DNA of 64,000 nucleotides. Origin: Candidatus Doudnabacteria bacterium. GTDB taxonomy: Bacteria; Patescibacteriota; Doudnabacteria; UBA920. Shown here piece after piece: positions 9,874 through 19,147 of this stretch; the first letter of the stretch is position 1, and every line of letters begins with the position of its first letter. The position numbers and the translations under genes are program-made. The DNA is taken from positions 4,974 to 68,973 of the forward strand of contig JACRDK010000010.1 in the NCBI GenBank assembly GCA_016218585.1, written 5' to 3'. The notes under the pieces are model-generated. The model was not told the origin of the DNA, searched no databases, and saw only the letters and a list, made by a program, of their open reading frames with translations.

Positions 9874-11250
9874 TCATATAGGTGATATTAATATGGCAAT
9901 GGTTGCAACTCCTACTATAATCATTAGCCCGGTAATTATCCAGCCTAAAGTGCTGGCGGTGCGGCTGTTTACCCGATGATTCATAACTTTTTTGTTGCTG
10001 CTTAACTGAACAATAAGAACCAAAATAACCGGAGCAACCAGCCCATTTAATACGGCGGCGTAGATTAATCCCTTAATCGGATCCAGGCCTAAAAAGTTCA
10101 TTAGCATCCCTAATAGCATGGAGATAATAATCACGCCATAAAATGGATAGGCTTGTTTGAGTTTGCGGTACAAACCCTGCTTCCAGCCCATAGCTTCCGA
10201 CATAGCATAAGCGGTTGAACCGGCCAAAACCGGCACAGCAAGAAGTCCGACGCCGACAATTCCTAAAGTAAAGAGCAGGGAAGCAAAGGGGCCGGCAATG
10301 GGTTTTAAAGCCGCCGCCGCGTCTGCCGCGGTTTTAATGTCGGTAATGCCGTGCTGATAAAGCGCTGTGGCGCAGGTAACTATTATAAAGAACATAGTTA
10401 GGTTGGAAAAAAACATGCCGGACCAAACATCAATCCGCATTTTGGAGATTTCTTCATCTGTGGTTTCCGACTGCCTGAGCTTAATGGAAGTTTTGCCTTC
10501 CATAATTTGTTCTTCCACTTCCTGGGATGTTTGCCAGAAAAATAAATATGGCGAAATTGTAGTGCCCAAAATTCCGCAAATCAGAAAAATTTCATCGCGG
10601 TTAAAATTAATGTGCGGAATAAAGGTATGAAAAACTAAGCTCTTGCCGTTTAAATCAAGAAAAAATGCCGACAGAATATAGGCCAGTAAAACTAAGGCCA
10701 GCCATTTTAAATACTTAGCATATTGGGCGTAGCTGGTAAAAATTTGTAAGACTAAGCTTAAAACTGTAAAAAATATTACCAAAGCGTAAAAGCCCGTTTG
10801 CGGCAACAGCAGCTGGGTGGCTTTGGCCATAGCGCCTAAGTCCGCGCCAATGTTAAAGGTGTTGGCGATAAACAGCAGGGCAGTGCAGACATACAAAACC
10901 CAAGCCGGATAATGGCGGCGAATATTTCCGGCAAGCCCGCGGCCGGTAACCAGGCCAATGCGCGCGCACATTTCCTGGACAATAGCCATAAGCGGAAAAG
11001 AAAAAGCCGCCATCCAAAGAAGGTTAAAAGAATATTGAGCGCCGGTTTGGCTATAAGTGGCAATGCCGGACGGGTCGTCGTCGGCAGCTCCCGTGGTTAA
11101 ACCAGGTCCCAAAGTGGCCCAATAAGCCCCAGCTTTTTTTACCGGTTTATTGTTAACTAATTTTCCGGCCAGTTCTTCGGTTAGTTCCAAAGTTTTTTCT
11201 AAACTTTGAGCCGGAGCGCTGGCAATTTTTTCTATAATTTTAGATGGCAC
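9874..11250 (-). CDS. mntH: NRAMP-family divalent metal (Mn2+/Fe2+) transporter
   Basis: GPGLTTGAADDDPSGIATYSQTGAQYSFNLLW NRAMP signature; polytopic. Confidence 0.9.
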   Translation of the reverse strand: MPSKIIEKIASAPAQSLEKTLELTEELAGKLVNNKPVKKAGAYWATLGPGLTTGAADDDPSGIATYSQTGAQYSFNLLWMAAFSFPLMAIVQEMCARIGLVTGRGLAGNIRRHYPAWVLYVCTALLFIANTFNIGADLGAMAKATQLLLPQTGFYALVIFFTVLSLVLQIFTSYAQYAKYLKWLALVLLAYILSAFFLDLNGKSLVFHTFIPHINFNRDEIFLICGILGTTISPYLFFWQTSQEVEEQIMEGKTSIKLRQSETTDEEISKMRIDVWSGMFFSNLTMFFIIVTCATALYQHGITDIKTAADAAAALKPIAGPFASLLFTLGIVGVGLLAVPVLAGSTAYAMSEAMGWKQGLYRKLKQAYPFYGVIIISMLLGMLMNFLGLDPIKGLIYAAVLNGLVAPVILVLIVQLSSNKKVMNHRVNSRTASTLGWIITGLMIIVGVATIAILISPI

Positions 11251-11345
11251 TTTTTGTTTCGTTAATGAAACACTCTTACCCTAATAATAGCCTAAAATGG
11301 GTTATTTTTCAATCAAGCTACGCCCTACCACCTAACTCCTACTAA

Positions 11346-12077
11346 CTATTCAACATCTGTAAAGACCATTACTTCTTTAATATTTTGCCAGGCGCAGGCG
11401 GGGAGGACGCTAAATTCATTTTTTCCCGCTAGAGCCTGTTTTAACATTGCGGATTTTTCTTTGCCGCAGGCGTAAACAAAACCAAAGTCAATTAACTTAA
11501 AAAAAGTCGCGGTGGTGGTTAGTCGTTCTGGAAATTTATTTTTTCCCGCGGCGGAATAAGCCGCTACCCAGTTGTCATTTTCAAAAAGTTTATGGAATTT
11601 CCCGGCATCTTCCGGGAAAGGAAAAATTCCGGCGGTGTGGCCGTCCGCTCCCATGCCCAAAGTAGCCATAATTAAACCGTTAGGATTTTCTTCTTTCCAT
11701 TTTTTTAGGTTTGCCTCCCATCTTAAAGCAAGCTGGTCTATGGTTTCCGCCGGCCTGGGCAGGGTGCCAAAAAAACTTACGTCTACATTTAAAGCCAGCT
11801 GGTAAAAGTCATGCTTTTGCAATTGGGAGAAATTGTTTATGCTTGGATCTTCGGAAAAGCGTTCGTCTAAAACCGACACGGTTAAATTCTCGCCGAGAGA
11901 GGTTTGGCCAATATAATCCAAAACGGAGAGCGCGGAACCGCCGGACAGTAAAAGCAGAATCGGAGTTTTTTTATTTTCCGCCAAATAGTTGTTTAAATAT
12001 TCGCCGGCCTCAGCCGCCGCCGCTTCTTTGTCTGCCTGTTTAAATATTTGAAAGGTGTTATTCATAAGAGTTAACAA
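11346..12077 (-). CDS. 6-phosphogluconolactonase / glucosamine-6-phosphate deaminase family protein
   Basis: ILLLLSGGSALSV sugar-phosphate isomerase/lactonase motif; about 243 aa as in Pgl. Confidence 0.55.
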   Translation of the reverse strand: MLTLMNNTFQIFKQADKEAAAAEAGEYLNNYLAENKKTPILLLLSGGSALSVLDYIGQTSLGENLTVSVLDERFSEDPSINNFSQLQKHDFYQLALNVDVSFFGTLPRPAETIDQLALRWEANLKKWKEENPNGLIMATLGMGADGHTAGIFPFPEDAGKFHKLFENDNWVAAYSAAGKNKFPERLTTTATFFKLIDFGFVYACGKEKSAMLKQALAGKNEFSVLPACAWQNIKEVMVFTDVE

Positions 12078-12291
12078 TAAGGTTTTTTATGGCGTTATCC
12101 TAATTCCGATTTATCACGTGGTTCGCGAACTACGTGATTTATCGGAAGAAGGATTGCATAAAGTTATTTTTAGATATTCTTAAGCATTAGTAAATCCATT
12201 TTACCTAAAAGTCCTAAAAAATGCTAATATTAAAAAGCGCCCCAATAAGGGGCGCTCTACTATCTACAAACTACCGCCTACAAACTACAAA

Positions 12292-12942
12292 CTAGCTAAC
12301 CTGTTCCTTCCTGTAAGCCCAGTAGGAATAACCAAACGTGCCAATTACCATTATCGCGACTCCGAGCAGTAAAATTGAAAGTCCGAAAACTTTAGGCAAA
12401 AAAGGCGATAAGATAATCATCAGGCCATAGAAAATAAATGCATAGCCGCCAACCCGGTGAGTTTTGTTCCAAACATTTTCGGAGGACATTGTCCACGGAG
12501 TGCGAATGCCCATAAACCAGTTTGGTTTAATCTTTCCCATATAGTTGCCAATAACAATTAGCAGCAAGCCAACCAGAGTTGGGACAACGTATTGAATTTT
12601 TATGTTATATCCCAGGTTATAAAATCCGGCAGCTAACATAACTACAAAGAGCACTAACAAAATTAAATTTTTGAATTTGCGGTATACGCCTAAAAATTCT
12701 GGATAGCGGTCTTTGCGCGGATCTATTTGCGGCAAAAAAGTAAATAACAAATACATGCCGGTAAGCAAGCCTGGAATGCCCCAGGCGTTGGTGGATTTGC
12801 TGCCCCAGGCATCAGGAGTGCCGTTAAAGTTCCAGTGGGTAACTACCGTGGCCGGGAAGTGTTGGTAAAAGTACCATCCTGCGGCCCAAGCTAAGCCGAG
12901 GATTAATAAAGAGAAAAGCTCTTTTTTAAGTTCGTATTTCAT
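12292..12942 (-). CDS. SdpI/YhfL-family membrane protein (DUF1648 + SdpI immunity-like)
   Basis: THWNFNGTPDAWGSK and KPNWFMGIRTPWTMSSENVWNKTHRVGG motifs; 6 TM helices; downstream of an ArsR/SdpR-like regulator. Confidence 0.75.
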   Translation of the reverse strand: MKYELKKELFSLLILGLAWAAGWYFYQHFPATVVTHWNFNGTPDAWGSKSTNAWGIPGLLTGMYLLFTFLPQIDPRKDRYPEFLGVYRKFKNLILLVLFVVMLAAGFYNLGYNIKIQYVVPTLVGLLLIVIGNYMGKIKPNWFMGIRTPWTMSSENVWNKTHRVGGYAFIFYGLMIILSPFLPKVFGLSILLLGVAIMVIGTFGYSYWAYRKEQVS

Positions 12943-12960
12943 ATGTTTTCCACAAATTCA

Positions 12961-13030
12961 CTAATAGCACGAATAACACGAATAACACGAAATTATTATT
13001 AGTAAAATTAGCGATTATTCGTGAATTAGT
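12961..13030. promoter_or_regulatory. 9-mer CACGAATAA x2 direct plus one inverted copy (TTATTCGTG) between the ArsR-like and SdpI-like genes; candidate operator
   Basis: Seen directly; direct-plus-inverted arrangement of the 9-mer in the spacer between regulator and target. Confidence 0.35.
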
Positions 13031-13203
13031 GGGTTGTTAATTATTTTTTAATTGTTAAAACGTTAGTATGATAAAATGTTTAGATGCAGAATAACTTTCT
13101 TTCGGAGCATTTGGATTGCGTTCCATTCGTTGTTTTCGGATTAGCAGTTGTTAGTTTTTTAGGAGCATTCGGATTGTCCCAATCTGTAGTATTCGGATCG
13201 GTT

Positions 13204-13500
13204 CTACTTTTTAAGATTAAAGAACTTTATTATTTTTTCACTCACGTCTTCAAATACGCTCAAATTTAAGTTATAAATAATTCTTTGCCCGTCCCTGCGG
13301 GAAGAAACCAGTCCGGCGCGTTTTAAAATGTCTAAGTGGTGCGAGAGGGTAGGGAGGGTAATATTTAAATAGCTGGCGATTTCCGACACGGGCATTTCCC
13401 GTTTTTTTAACGCGTCCAGAATTTTTTGGCGGTTTGGGTCAGACAGCGCGGCAAAAGTTTGTGATAGAGACATAAAAAATGAATAATGTAGTCTGCCCAT
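13204..13500 (-). CDS. ArsR/SmtB-family transcriptional regulator (SdpR-like)
   Basis: LSDPNRQKILDAL...VSEIASYLNITLPTLSHHLDILKRAGLV winged HTH. Confidence 0.8.
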   Translation of the reverse strand: MGRLHYSFFMSLSQTFAALSDPNRQKILDALKKREMPVSEIASYLNITLPTLSHHLDILKRAGLVSSRRDGQRIIYNLNLSVFEDVSEKIIKFFNLKK

Positions 13501-13614
13501 TTATGGGCCGCATTAATATTTGTATATTTAGATGACTATCTAAATATTATACCTTTTTAAATAACTTGTCAAATGGCTTAAAAAGCAGTAGAATTCGGCC
13601 ATAAGGAGGCTAGT

Positions 13615-14163
13615 GTGAATCCCAAAGAATCTAATAGTGGTCTAAGGTTGGTGCCAGCCCGCACCTATGCGGAAAGCCGAATTGAACAGGCTGAGCAATG
13701 CGCGGACGCAAATGACTTTCTGGGCGCATTGAAAGCGTACCGCGACTATCTGCGGGTTAACCGGCGCAAGGCCGAAGTCTGGAGCAATATTGGCTGCTGT
13801 TTGATGTCGCTGGAGAGGTTGAACAGCGCCAAGCGTTGCCTTATGGTGGCTTGCAGGCTGGAGAAGCATAGTTTGTACTTCTCCTATCTGGGCTTCTGCT
13901 ATATGCAGATGAACGACATTAAGCGGGCAATTCAGTGCTATCGAATTTCCGTAAGGATATATGAAGGCAACACCGACTCGCTGAACATGTTGTTTCTGTT
14001 GTTAATTGGCGCGGGTCGTGAACAAGAAGCTGTTGCGGCAGCCGGAAAATTGCTGGAGCAGATGGACCCGAAGTCAGAGAAGTATAGCAACTTTCTCGCC
14101 GACCTCACGGCGTACGGGTTGAACCCGGTAATTTCTTTGGTCAGCAAGCAAGCAGCGCCTTAG
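13615..14163 (+). CDS. TPR-repeat protein
   Basis: GTG start with AGGAGG RBS; TPR-like helical repeats; GC-rich relative to neighbours. Confidence 0.55.
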   Translation: MNPKESNSGLRLVPARTYAESRIEQAEQCADANDFLGALKAYRDYLRVNRRKAEVWSNIGCCLMSLERLNSAKRCLMVACRLEKHSLYFSYLGFCYMQMNDIKRAIQCYRISVRIYEGNTDSLNMLFLLLIGAGREQEAVAAAGKLLEQMDPKSEKYSNFLADLTAYGLNPVISLVSKQAAP

Positions 14164-14187
14164 CCGGTAACGGCAAAGGCGCTGCTT

Positions 14188-14700
14188 TCAAATTAAAAAA
14201 GCGGCCCCGGGGTTAGCGGGGCCGAAAGTTGAGTTCATCGCGCAGGCGATTAACTTTGCAAAATAATTGCAGCGCGCAACCACAAGCCCATAAGGAGAGG
14301 TTAAGCGCTCTGAAAGTATTTCGCAAATTGCCACCAGCCTGTGGCTGTAGTTGAGGCTGAAGGCAAAAGTTATATCTGCCAATACGCTGCCTAAAGCTGC
14401 GCCTTGTCCGCGGTCTCCCAAAAGTCTCGGAAGAAGCCAGATTAGAAACAGGCGGATGGCGCTGTCCAGTCCTTCTACTATGACAAGCTGTTTTAAAGTC
14501 TCTCTGGACTCTTTAAAGATCTTGTCATTAGCAGGAAGATATCGGTCACAGAACTTCGCGGTTGCATAGTATCCGCCATTCTCAAACGCCCAGCACAGGG
14601 CGACCATGAGAATTTCGGATATTTGCCAGTATCTCTCCGCGCCAGCTGCCGCAAAAGCAGCCAGAGTGGAGACGCCGTAGGGTAAACCCCACTTGAGCAA
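14188..14700 (-). CDS. Hypothetical protein (GC-rich; TTG start uncertain)
   Basis: ORF converges on the TPR gene; its 3' end overlaps a cggcccc/ggggccg hairpin plus U-tract reading on the minus strand; start codon unclear (nearby ATG is out of frame). Confidence 0.35.
   Translation of the reverse strand: MLKWGLPYGVSTLAAFAAAGAERYWQISEILMVALCWAFENGGYYATAKFCDRYLPANDKIFKESRETLKQLVIVEGLDSAIRLFLIWLLPRLLGDRGQGAALGSVLADITFAFSLNYSHRLVAICEILSERLTSPYGLVVARCNYFAKLIACAMNSTFGPANPGAAFLI
14196..14228 (-). terminator. Hairpin plus U-tract terminator overlapping the stop codon of the 14188-14700 ORF
   Basis: cggcccc..ggggccg stem; CTTTTTTAATTTGA on the minus strand. Confidence 0.5.
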
Positions 14701-14932
14701 CCATCTAAAGGCGAGGCTAAATATACCCCCTCGCGGTTAGCGTAAAACGGCCCGCTCTTTGGGCCACAGGCATAAAAAATGCCTCCTTATTTCAGGATAG
14801 CTTTATTTTACCACAAAAATGACATCAATATCTAATATCTAATATCAAGTCACTAGCAACTCGCCACCTGCCACCCCGTACTATCTATAATCTACCAACT
14901 ACACCCTACACCCTACAAACTGCCCCCTATTG

Positions 14933-15805
14933 TTAGTGCTCATGCGGCGGGCAGATTTCCGTTTCCGCTTCAATGGTGCAATGGTTAATGTTATATTTTT
15001 GTTTCAATTGTTCTTTAATTTGTTTTATTAAAGAAACGTTCTGCTTAAAGTCGTAAACGTTAGGAATAATGTGGCAGTTTAAAGCGACTTTTTGCGAAGC
15101 AATGGACCATATGTGCAAATCGTGCACGCTTTGCACTCCCGGCATGGCGGCAATAAAAGCATTAACATCTTTAAAGTTTAAATTTTCCGGCACGCCCTCA
15201 AGCAATATATGCACGGCTTCATAAATAATTTGCCAGCTGCCGTAAATAAGCATGGCGGCAATAACCAAACTGATAATCGGATCCGCAACAGTTTTGCCGG
15301 TAAGCAGAATTACCAACCCTGCGGCCATGGCCCCAACGGACACGGCGGCGTCAAAAGCCATATTCAAAAACACGCCGCGCAAATTAAGGTTGTCGCGGTT
15401 TTTTAAAAACATTAAAGCCACAATGCCGTTTACCAGCACGCCAATGCCGGCAACTAAAATTACCACGCCGCCTTTAACCGGCTGTGGCTCAACAATTTTT
15501 AAGTAGGCTTCGTAAATAATGTAAGCGGCAACCAAAATTAAAATAATGCTGTTGGCCAAAGCGGTTAAAATTGTGGCTTTGCCGTAGCCAAAAGTATGTT
15601 CTTCGGTTGCCGGGCGTTTGGCAAATTTTTGTCCGGCCCAGGCAATTAAAATACTTAAAGAATCGGTAAGGTTATGCGCGGCATCGGACACTAAAGCCAA
15701 GCTGCCGGAAAATAATCCGACAAAAATTTCCAAAAAAGCAAACCCGGTATTTATTACAAAACTGAGCTTGAGCTTGTTGTTGGTTTGTTGGTCCGCGGAA
15801 TTCAT
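14933..15805 (-). CDS. Cation diffusion facilitator (CDF) family metal efflux transporter
   Basis: DAAHNLTDSLSILIAWAGQKFAKRPATEEHTFGYGKA signature; His-rich C-terminal domain. Confidence 0.9.
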   Translation of the reverse strand: MNSADQQTNNKLKLSFVINTGFAFLEIFVGLFSGSLALVSDAAHNLTDSLSILIAWAGQKFAKRPATEEHTFGYGKATILTALANSIILILVAAYIIYEAYLKIVEPQPVKGGVVILVAGIGVLVNGIVALMFLKNRDNLNLRGVFLNMAFDAAVSVGAMAAGLVILLTGKTVADPIISLVIAAMLIYGSWQIIYEAVHILLEGVPENLNFKDVNAFIAAMPGVQSVHDLHIWSIASQKVALNCHIIPNVYDFKQNVSLIKQIKEQLKQKYNINHCTIEAETEICPPHEH

Positions 15806-15838
15806 CGGCTTAATTATACCAAAAATAAAAAGTTTTTT

Positions 15839-16543
15839 CTAACGTTCAGAAACGGTAAACGGATTAAAGTTAGTATTTTTGTCGTAGTAATCTTCCTGCT
15901 CGGTTCGCTTTAAGAAGTTAATAACTTTGTAGGTAAGCGGCGTGGCTAAAATTTCATATAAAACTTTAAACACGTAAATCGTGCCGATTAAATTAAGCAG
16001 AGCGAGTAGCGGCATAGTGCCGTAAAAAGCGGCAAAGCTAAAGACTATAGAGTCTACGCCTTCGCCGACAATGGTTGAGCCAATGGTGCGGCTCCATAAC
16101 TGCCTGCCTTTGGTCCAGACTTTCATTTTGGCTAAAATGTAAGAGTTGGAAAATTCTCCGGCCCAGTAGGCGAGCATGCTGGCCAGCACCAGGCGCGGCA
16201 CAAAGCCTAATACGGCTTCGTAAGCCGATTGGTTGGGCCAATCTATCGCTGAGGGTAAATATTGCACCGCGGCCAAAGTTAAGGCCATTACAGCCAAACA
16301 TAAAAAGCCGGTCCAAATAATCCGTCTGGATTTTTTGTAGCCGTAAACCTCGGTTAATACGTCGCCAAAAATATAGGAAATGGGGAAAAGAATGGTGCCG
16401 CCGTCAAAGTTAAAACCGGCCACAGAAGCCACTTTGGCCGAAGCAATATTGGAAATAATCAGCACTGCCACAAACAGGGCGCCAATAACATCGTAATATT
16501 TAAAATTGGTTTTAGCTGGTATTTCGCCTAAAGAATCTTGCAT
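15839..16543 (-). CDS. yhhQ: Queuosine precursor transporter (YhhQ/VUT family)
   Basis: FDGGTILFPISYIFGDVLTEVYGYKKSRRIIW conserved block. Confidence 0.8.
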   Translation of the reverse strand: MQDSLGEIPAKTNFKYYDVIGALFVAVLIISNIASAKVASVAGFNFDGGTILFPISYIFGDVLTEVYGYKKSRRIIWTGFLCLAVMALTLAAVQYLPSAIDWPNQSAYEAVLGFVPRLVLASMLAYWAGEFSNSYILAKMKVWTKGRQLWSRTIGSTIVGEGVDSIVFSFAAFYGTMPLLALLNLIGTIYVFKVLYEILATPLTYKVINFLKRTEQEDYYDKNTNFNPFTVSER

Positions 16544-16656
16544 AGGTAATTTATGTTAATAAGATAATGCGATAATTATAGCATAAAAAACACCCCGCCC
16601 TTTCACAAGAAAGGGGTGGGGTGTTTGGCAGTTAATTATTAAATATTCTCTAAAGA

Positions 16657-17346
16657 TTAATTTTGGACTTTTCCAATTTGCGGCATTTGTCCGTCCATAA
16701 TATGTTTTGCGGTAATTTGGCTGCCATTCTTTTCGCCGGCAACCATTAGCGTATCGCCAACCGCAATATCAGAAACGGAAATTGTGGAAATTTTGTTAAC
16801 CGCCGCGGCGGAGGCTTCCACGGTGTAGGTTGCGCCGTCTTTTCCGGTTAGGGTAATAGTATTACCGCTAACAGAAGAGACAGTTCCTACGGTGCCCATA
16901 GCCCCATGCATTTGTCCACGGCCAAAGCCTTTACCCATTTGTCCGTCCGTAATTTTAGTGGCAACAATATTATTGCCGGAGACTGTTCCTTGGACCATTA
17001 CGTGGTCGCCGACTTTAATGTCGGCAATAGTAATAGTGGTCGGAGTCGGCGGGGTCAATTTGCCGGTTGAGATCGAGCTGCTTTCAAACTTTTCTAAAGC
17101 CGCGGCCGAAGCATCTACCGTAAAAGAAGTGTTAGTGCGACTGTCAGTTACGGTTAAAGTGCTTCCGGAAATGGCGGTAACTTGCCCGGCTGCCGCCGGT
17201 TTTACAAATTGCCTCATCCCATTTTGGCTGTTGTCATTAGTTGTTGAGCTGTTGTCCGCCTTGGTTTGCAGGGCAACGGTTCCGGCTGTGCCGGCGGCTA
17301 ACCCCAAAATGCTAAAAAGTACGGCTGTTTTTTTGGATATATTCAT
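16657..17346 (-). CDS. Secreted protein with two tandem homologous domains
   Basis: Signal peptide; internal duplication (TVTDSRTNTSFTVDASAAALEKF...DIKVGDHVMVQG vs TLTGKDGATYTVEASAAAVNKI...DIAVGDTLMVAG). Confidence 0.6.
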   Translation of the reverse strand: MNISKKTAVLFSILGLAAGTAGTVALQTKADNSSTTNDNSQNGMRQFVKPAAAGQVTAISGSTLTVTDSRTNTSFTVDASAAALEKFESSSISTGKLTPPTPTTITIADIKVGDHVMVQGTVSGNNIVATKITDGQMGKGFGRGQMHGAMGTVGTVSSVSGNTITLTGKDGATYTVEASAAAVNKISTISVSDIAVGDTLMVAGEKNGSQITAKHIMDGQMPQIGKVQN

Positions 17347-17629
17347 TCATTGTTCCTTTACGTAAAATAGTTAATTGTTAGTTGCGACCTTTTTCCCGGC
17401 CAAATATTTTTTGCTTTGTTGTTGCTTGCCCTTTAATTTTGTACAAAGGGGACGCGGCAACATTAATTTTTTTACTCCCTCCGTAAGTTTTGGCTGGGTG
17501 TATATAATACTGCATTGGGTTTGCAATTTGGTTCACAAAATTTTGCATTGCCCGTAACTAAGATAAAAAATAAAAAATTCCCCTTTGCCGGTAAACAAAC
17601 TTGTGGCTTAACTAATTTTTATAGGCAAA

Positions 17630-17677
17630 CAAAAAACCGCCCCGTTGTTTCTTGCGAAAGCAGGGCGGTTTTTTTAA
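17630..17677. terminator. Bidirectional intrinsic terminator downstream of csp
   Basis: ccgccc...gggcgg hairpin flanked by A-run and T-run. Confidence 0.75.
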
Positions 17678-17686
17678 AAGCAAAAA

Positions 17687-17884
17687 TTATGCTCTTTGTA
17701 CGTTGACGGCATTAGGACCTTTTGGAGAATCTTCAACTTCAAAGGAGACTTGGTCGCCTTCGTTGAGTTCGTCAAAAGTAACGCCGACAAGGGACTTGCT
17801 GTTGAAAAATAAATCTTTTTCCTGGCCAGCAACAGAAATAAAGCCGAAGCCTTTGTCTGTTTTCTTTTTGATTACACCTGTCAT
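17687..17884 (-). CDS. cspA: Cold-shock protein (CspA family)
   Basis: GVIKKKTDKGFGFISVAGQEKDLFFN RNP motifs. Confidence 0.9.
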   Translation of the reverse strand: MTGVIKKKTDKGFGFISVAGQEKDLFFNSKSLVGVTFDELNEGDQVSFEVEDSPKGPNAVNVQRA

Positions 17885-18191
17885 ATGTTTTTAGAATAGT
17901 TTAAGTTTGTAAGAAAATATATTTGTGAAATTCGACTACTTTTCTAAATGTATCTTATGTCATAAGTATGACACGGATGGCAAATAAAAGCAAACCCCCG
18001 GGGTGAATGTTTTTATATTAGTCAAATTAATGTTTTTTGCCTTAATTAAGGGTTATAATTTAGCCTAAGTTCATTGTGTTTATAGTTGTTTACTGCTAAG
18101 CTTAACCCATAGGCTTTCATATCCATTGAAGCCACTGACAATTTAATACTGTGCTTCTTTAGGATATAGGCAGTACAGCGAAGGGTAGTTT

Positions 18192-18299
18192 ATGTCAGAT
18201 CAACCAGATCCTACATCCACTCCAGTTACACCAGCGCCTACTGCGCCAGTTGAAACAAAGCCAGCAGAAGCCACGCCGGAAACTCCGGCCGCTATGTAA
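18192..18299 (+). CDS. 35-aa Pro/Thr-rich micro-protein (MSDQPDPTSTPVTPAPTAPVETKPAEATPETPAAM)
   Basis: ATG ORF followed 15 nt later by its own ccttcc/ggaagg + T7 terminator; paralog at 22675-22779. Confidence 0.35.
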   Translation: MSDQPDPTSTPVTPAPTAPVETKPAEATPETPAAM

Positions 18300-18312
18300 G
18301 CTTGCCGTTTTA

Positions 18313-18350
18313 AACCTTCCAGTCGAGGAATCGATAGGAAGGTTTTTTTA
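18313..18350 (+). terminator. Intrinsic terminator of micro-ORF
   Basis: ccttcc..ggaagg hairpin plus TTTTTTT. Confidence 0.7.
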
Positions 18351-18368
18351 ATGTCCGCGCCCCGCCTG

Positions 18369-18617
18369 TTACTTCCTTATAAATTTCACAATTGCAATTA
18401 AAACCACGGCGCCGAGTATGGCAACCAGGAAGCTATAAAGGTTAAAGCCGGTTACTCCGCTTTTGCCTAACTGGCTCATTATCCAGCCGCCAATAACCGC
18501 CCCGACTATGCCGACAATAATGTTAAGCAGCGCGCCCTGCTGGGCGTCGGTGTTCATTATCATAGAAGCAATCCAGCCTGCCAATGCTCCAAATACTATC
18601 CAAAGAATAATTCCCAT
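18369..18617 (-). CDS. GlsB/YeaQ/YmgE-family (transglycosylase-associated) small membrane protein
   Basis: GIILWIVFGALAGWIASMIM...IIVGIVGAVIGGWI typical family sequence. Confidence 0.8.
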   Translation of the reverse strand: MGIILWIVFGALAGWIASMIMNTDAQQGALLNIIVGIVGAVIGGWIMSQLGKSGVTGFNLYSFLVAILGAVVLIAIVKFIRK

Positions 18618-18657
18618 AAAGTTTTTGTTTAATTAATTAAGTCAGGCTAAAGTTAAT

Positions 18658-18801
18658 TTACTCCAGCTCCTCAGCTTTTTCTTTTTCTTCTTTTGCCAGC
18701 TCCTCGTGCTCTTCGACTGCTCGCTCATGCAGCCGTTCGTTATTTTCAGTAGACTCTCTGGCCTGTTCGTCAGAGGCGGCAATTTCTTCGTCCGAGATCA
18801 T
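18658..18801 (-). CDS. 47-aa acidic small protein (MISDEEIAASDEQARESTENNERLHERAVEEHEELAKEEKEKAEELE)
   Basis: Not in ORF track (<60 aa); GGAGGG 3 nt upstream of ATG; charged low-complexity. Confidence 0.3.
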   Translation of the reverse strand: MISDEEIAASDEQARESTENNERLHERAVEEHEELAKEEKEKAEELE

Positions 18802-18836
18802 AAACCCTCCATTTATAGTTTAATATTTAAATTAAA

Positions 18837-19124
18837 CTATTTAATAATTTTGCGTAAATATTTAACTTGCCGGTAAAGTTTTATTGAATAAATGGCAATT
18901 ATAGCTCCGGCTATGTCTACGCCAATGCTTAAGGCGCTTACCCCTACAATGTTGCGCCAGGGAAAATAATTCATTACGTACCCGTACGACATTAGCGAGC
19001 TCGCCAGCGCAGCGCCTGCAGCACCAACACCCGCGGTCTTCCAACTGCTAAAACCGGTTTTGCTGAAATTTGCGGCTATGAGCCCAATAACTCCGCCAAT
19101 CATTATAACCAAAATTAAACTCAT
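18837..19124 (-). CDS. Small membrane protein (GlsB/YeaQ-like, divergent)
   Basis: Three predicted TM helices, Gly/Ala-rich; adjacent to another family member. Confidence 0.5.
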   Translation of the reverse strand: MSLILVIMIGGVIGLIAANFSKTGFSSWKTAGVGAAGAALASSLMSYGYVMNYFPWRNIVGVSALSIGVDIAGAIIAIYSIKLYRQVKYLRKIIK

Positions 19125-19147
19125 AAATTTGCCCCTAAAATAATTGG

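Noticed and set aside
13084-13269. 61-aa plus-strand ORF
   Set aside because: Composed of GGAGCATTCGGATTG-type word repeats in an intergenic regulatory region; no RBS.
14701-14706. ATG immediately upstream of the 14188-14700 ORF as its start
   Set aside because: Out of frame (+1) with the ORF, so the annotated TTG start remains uncertain rather than being replaced.
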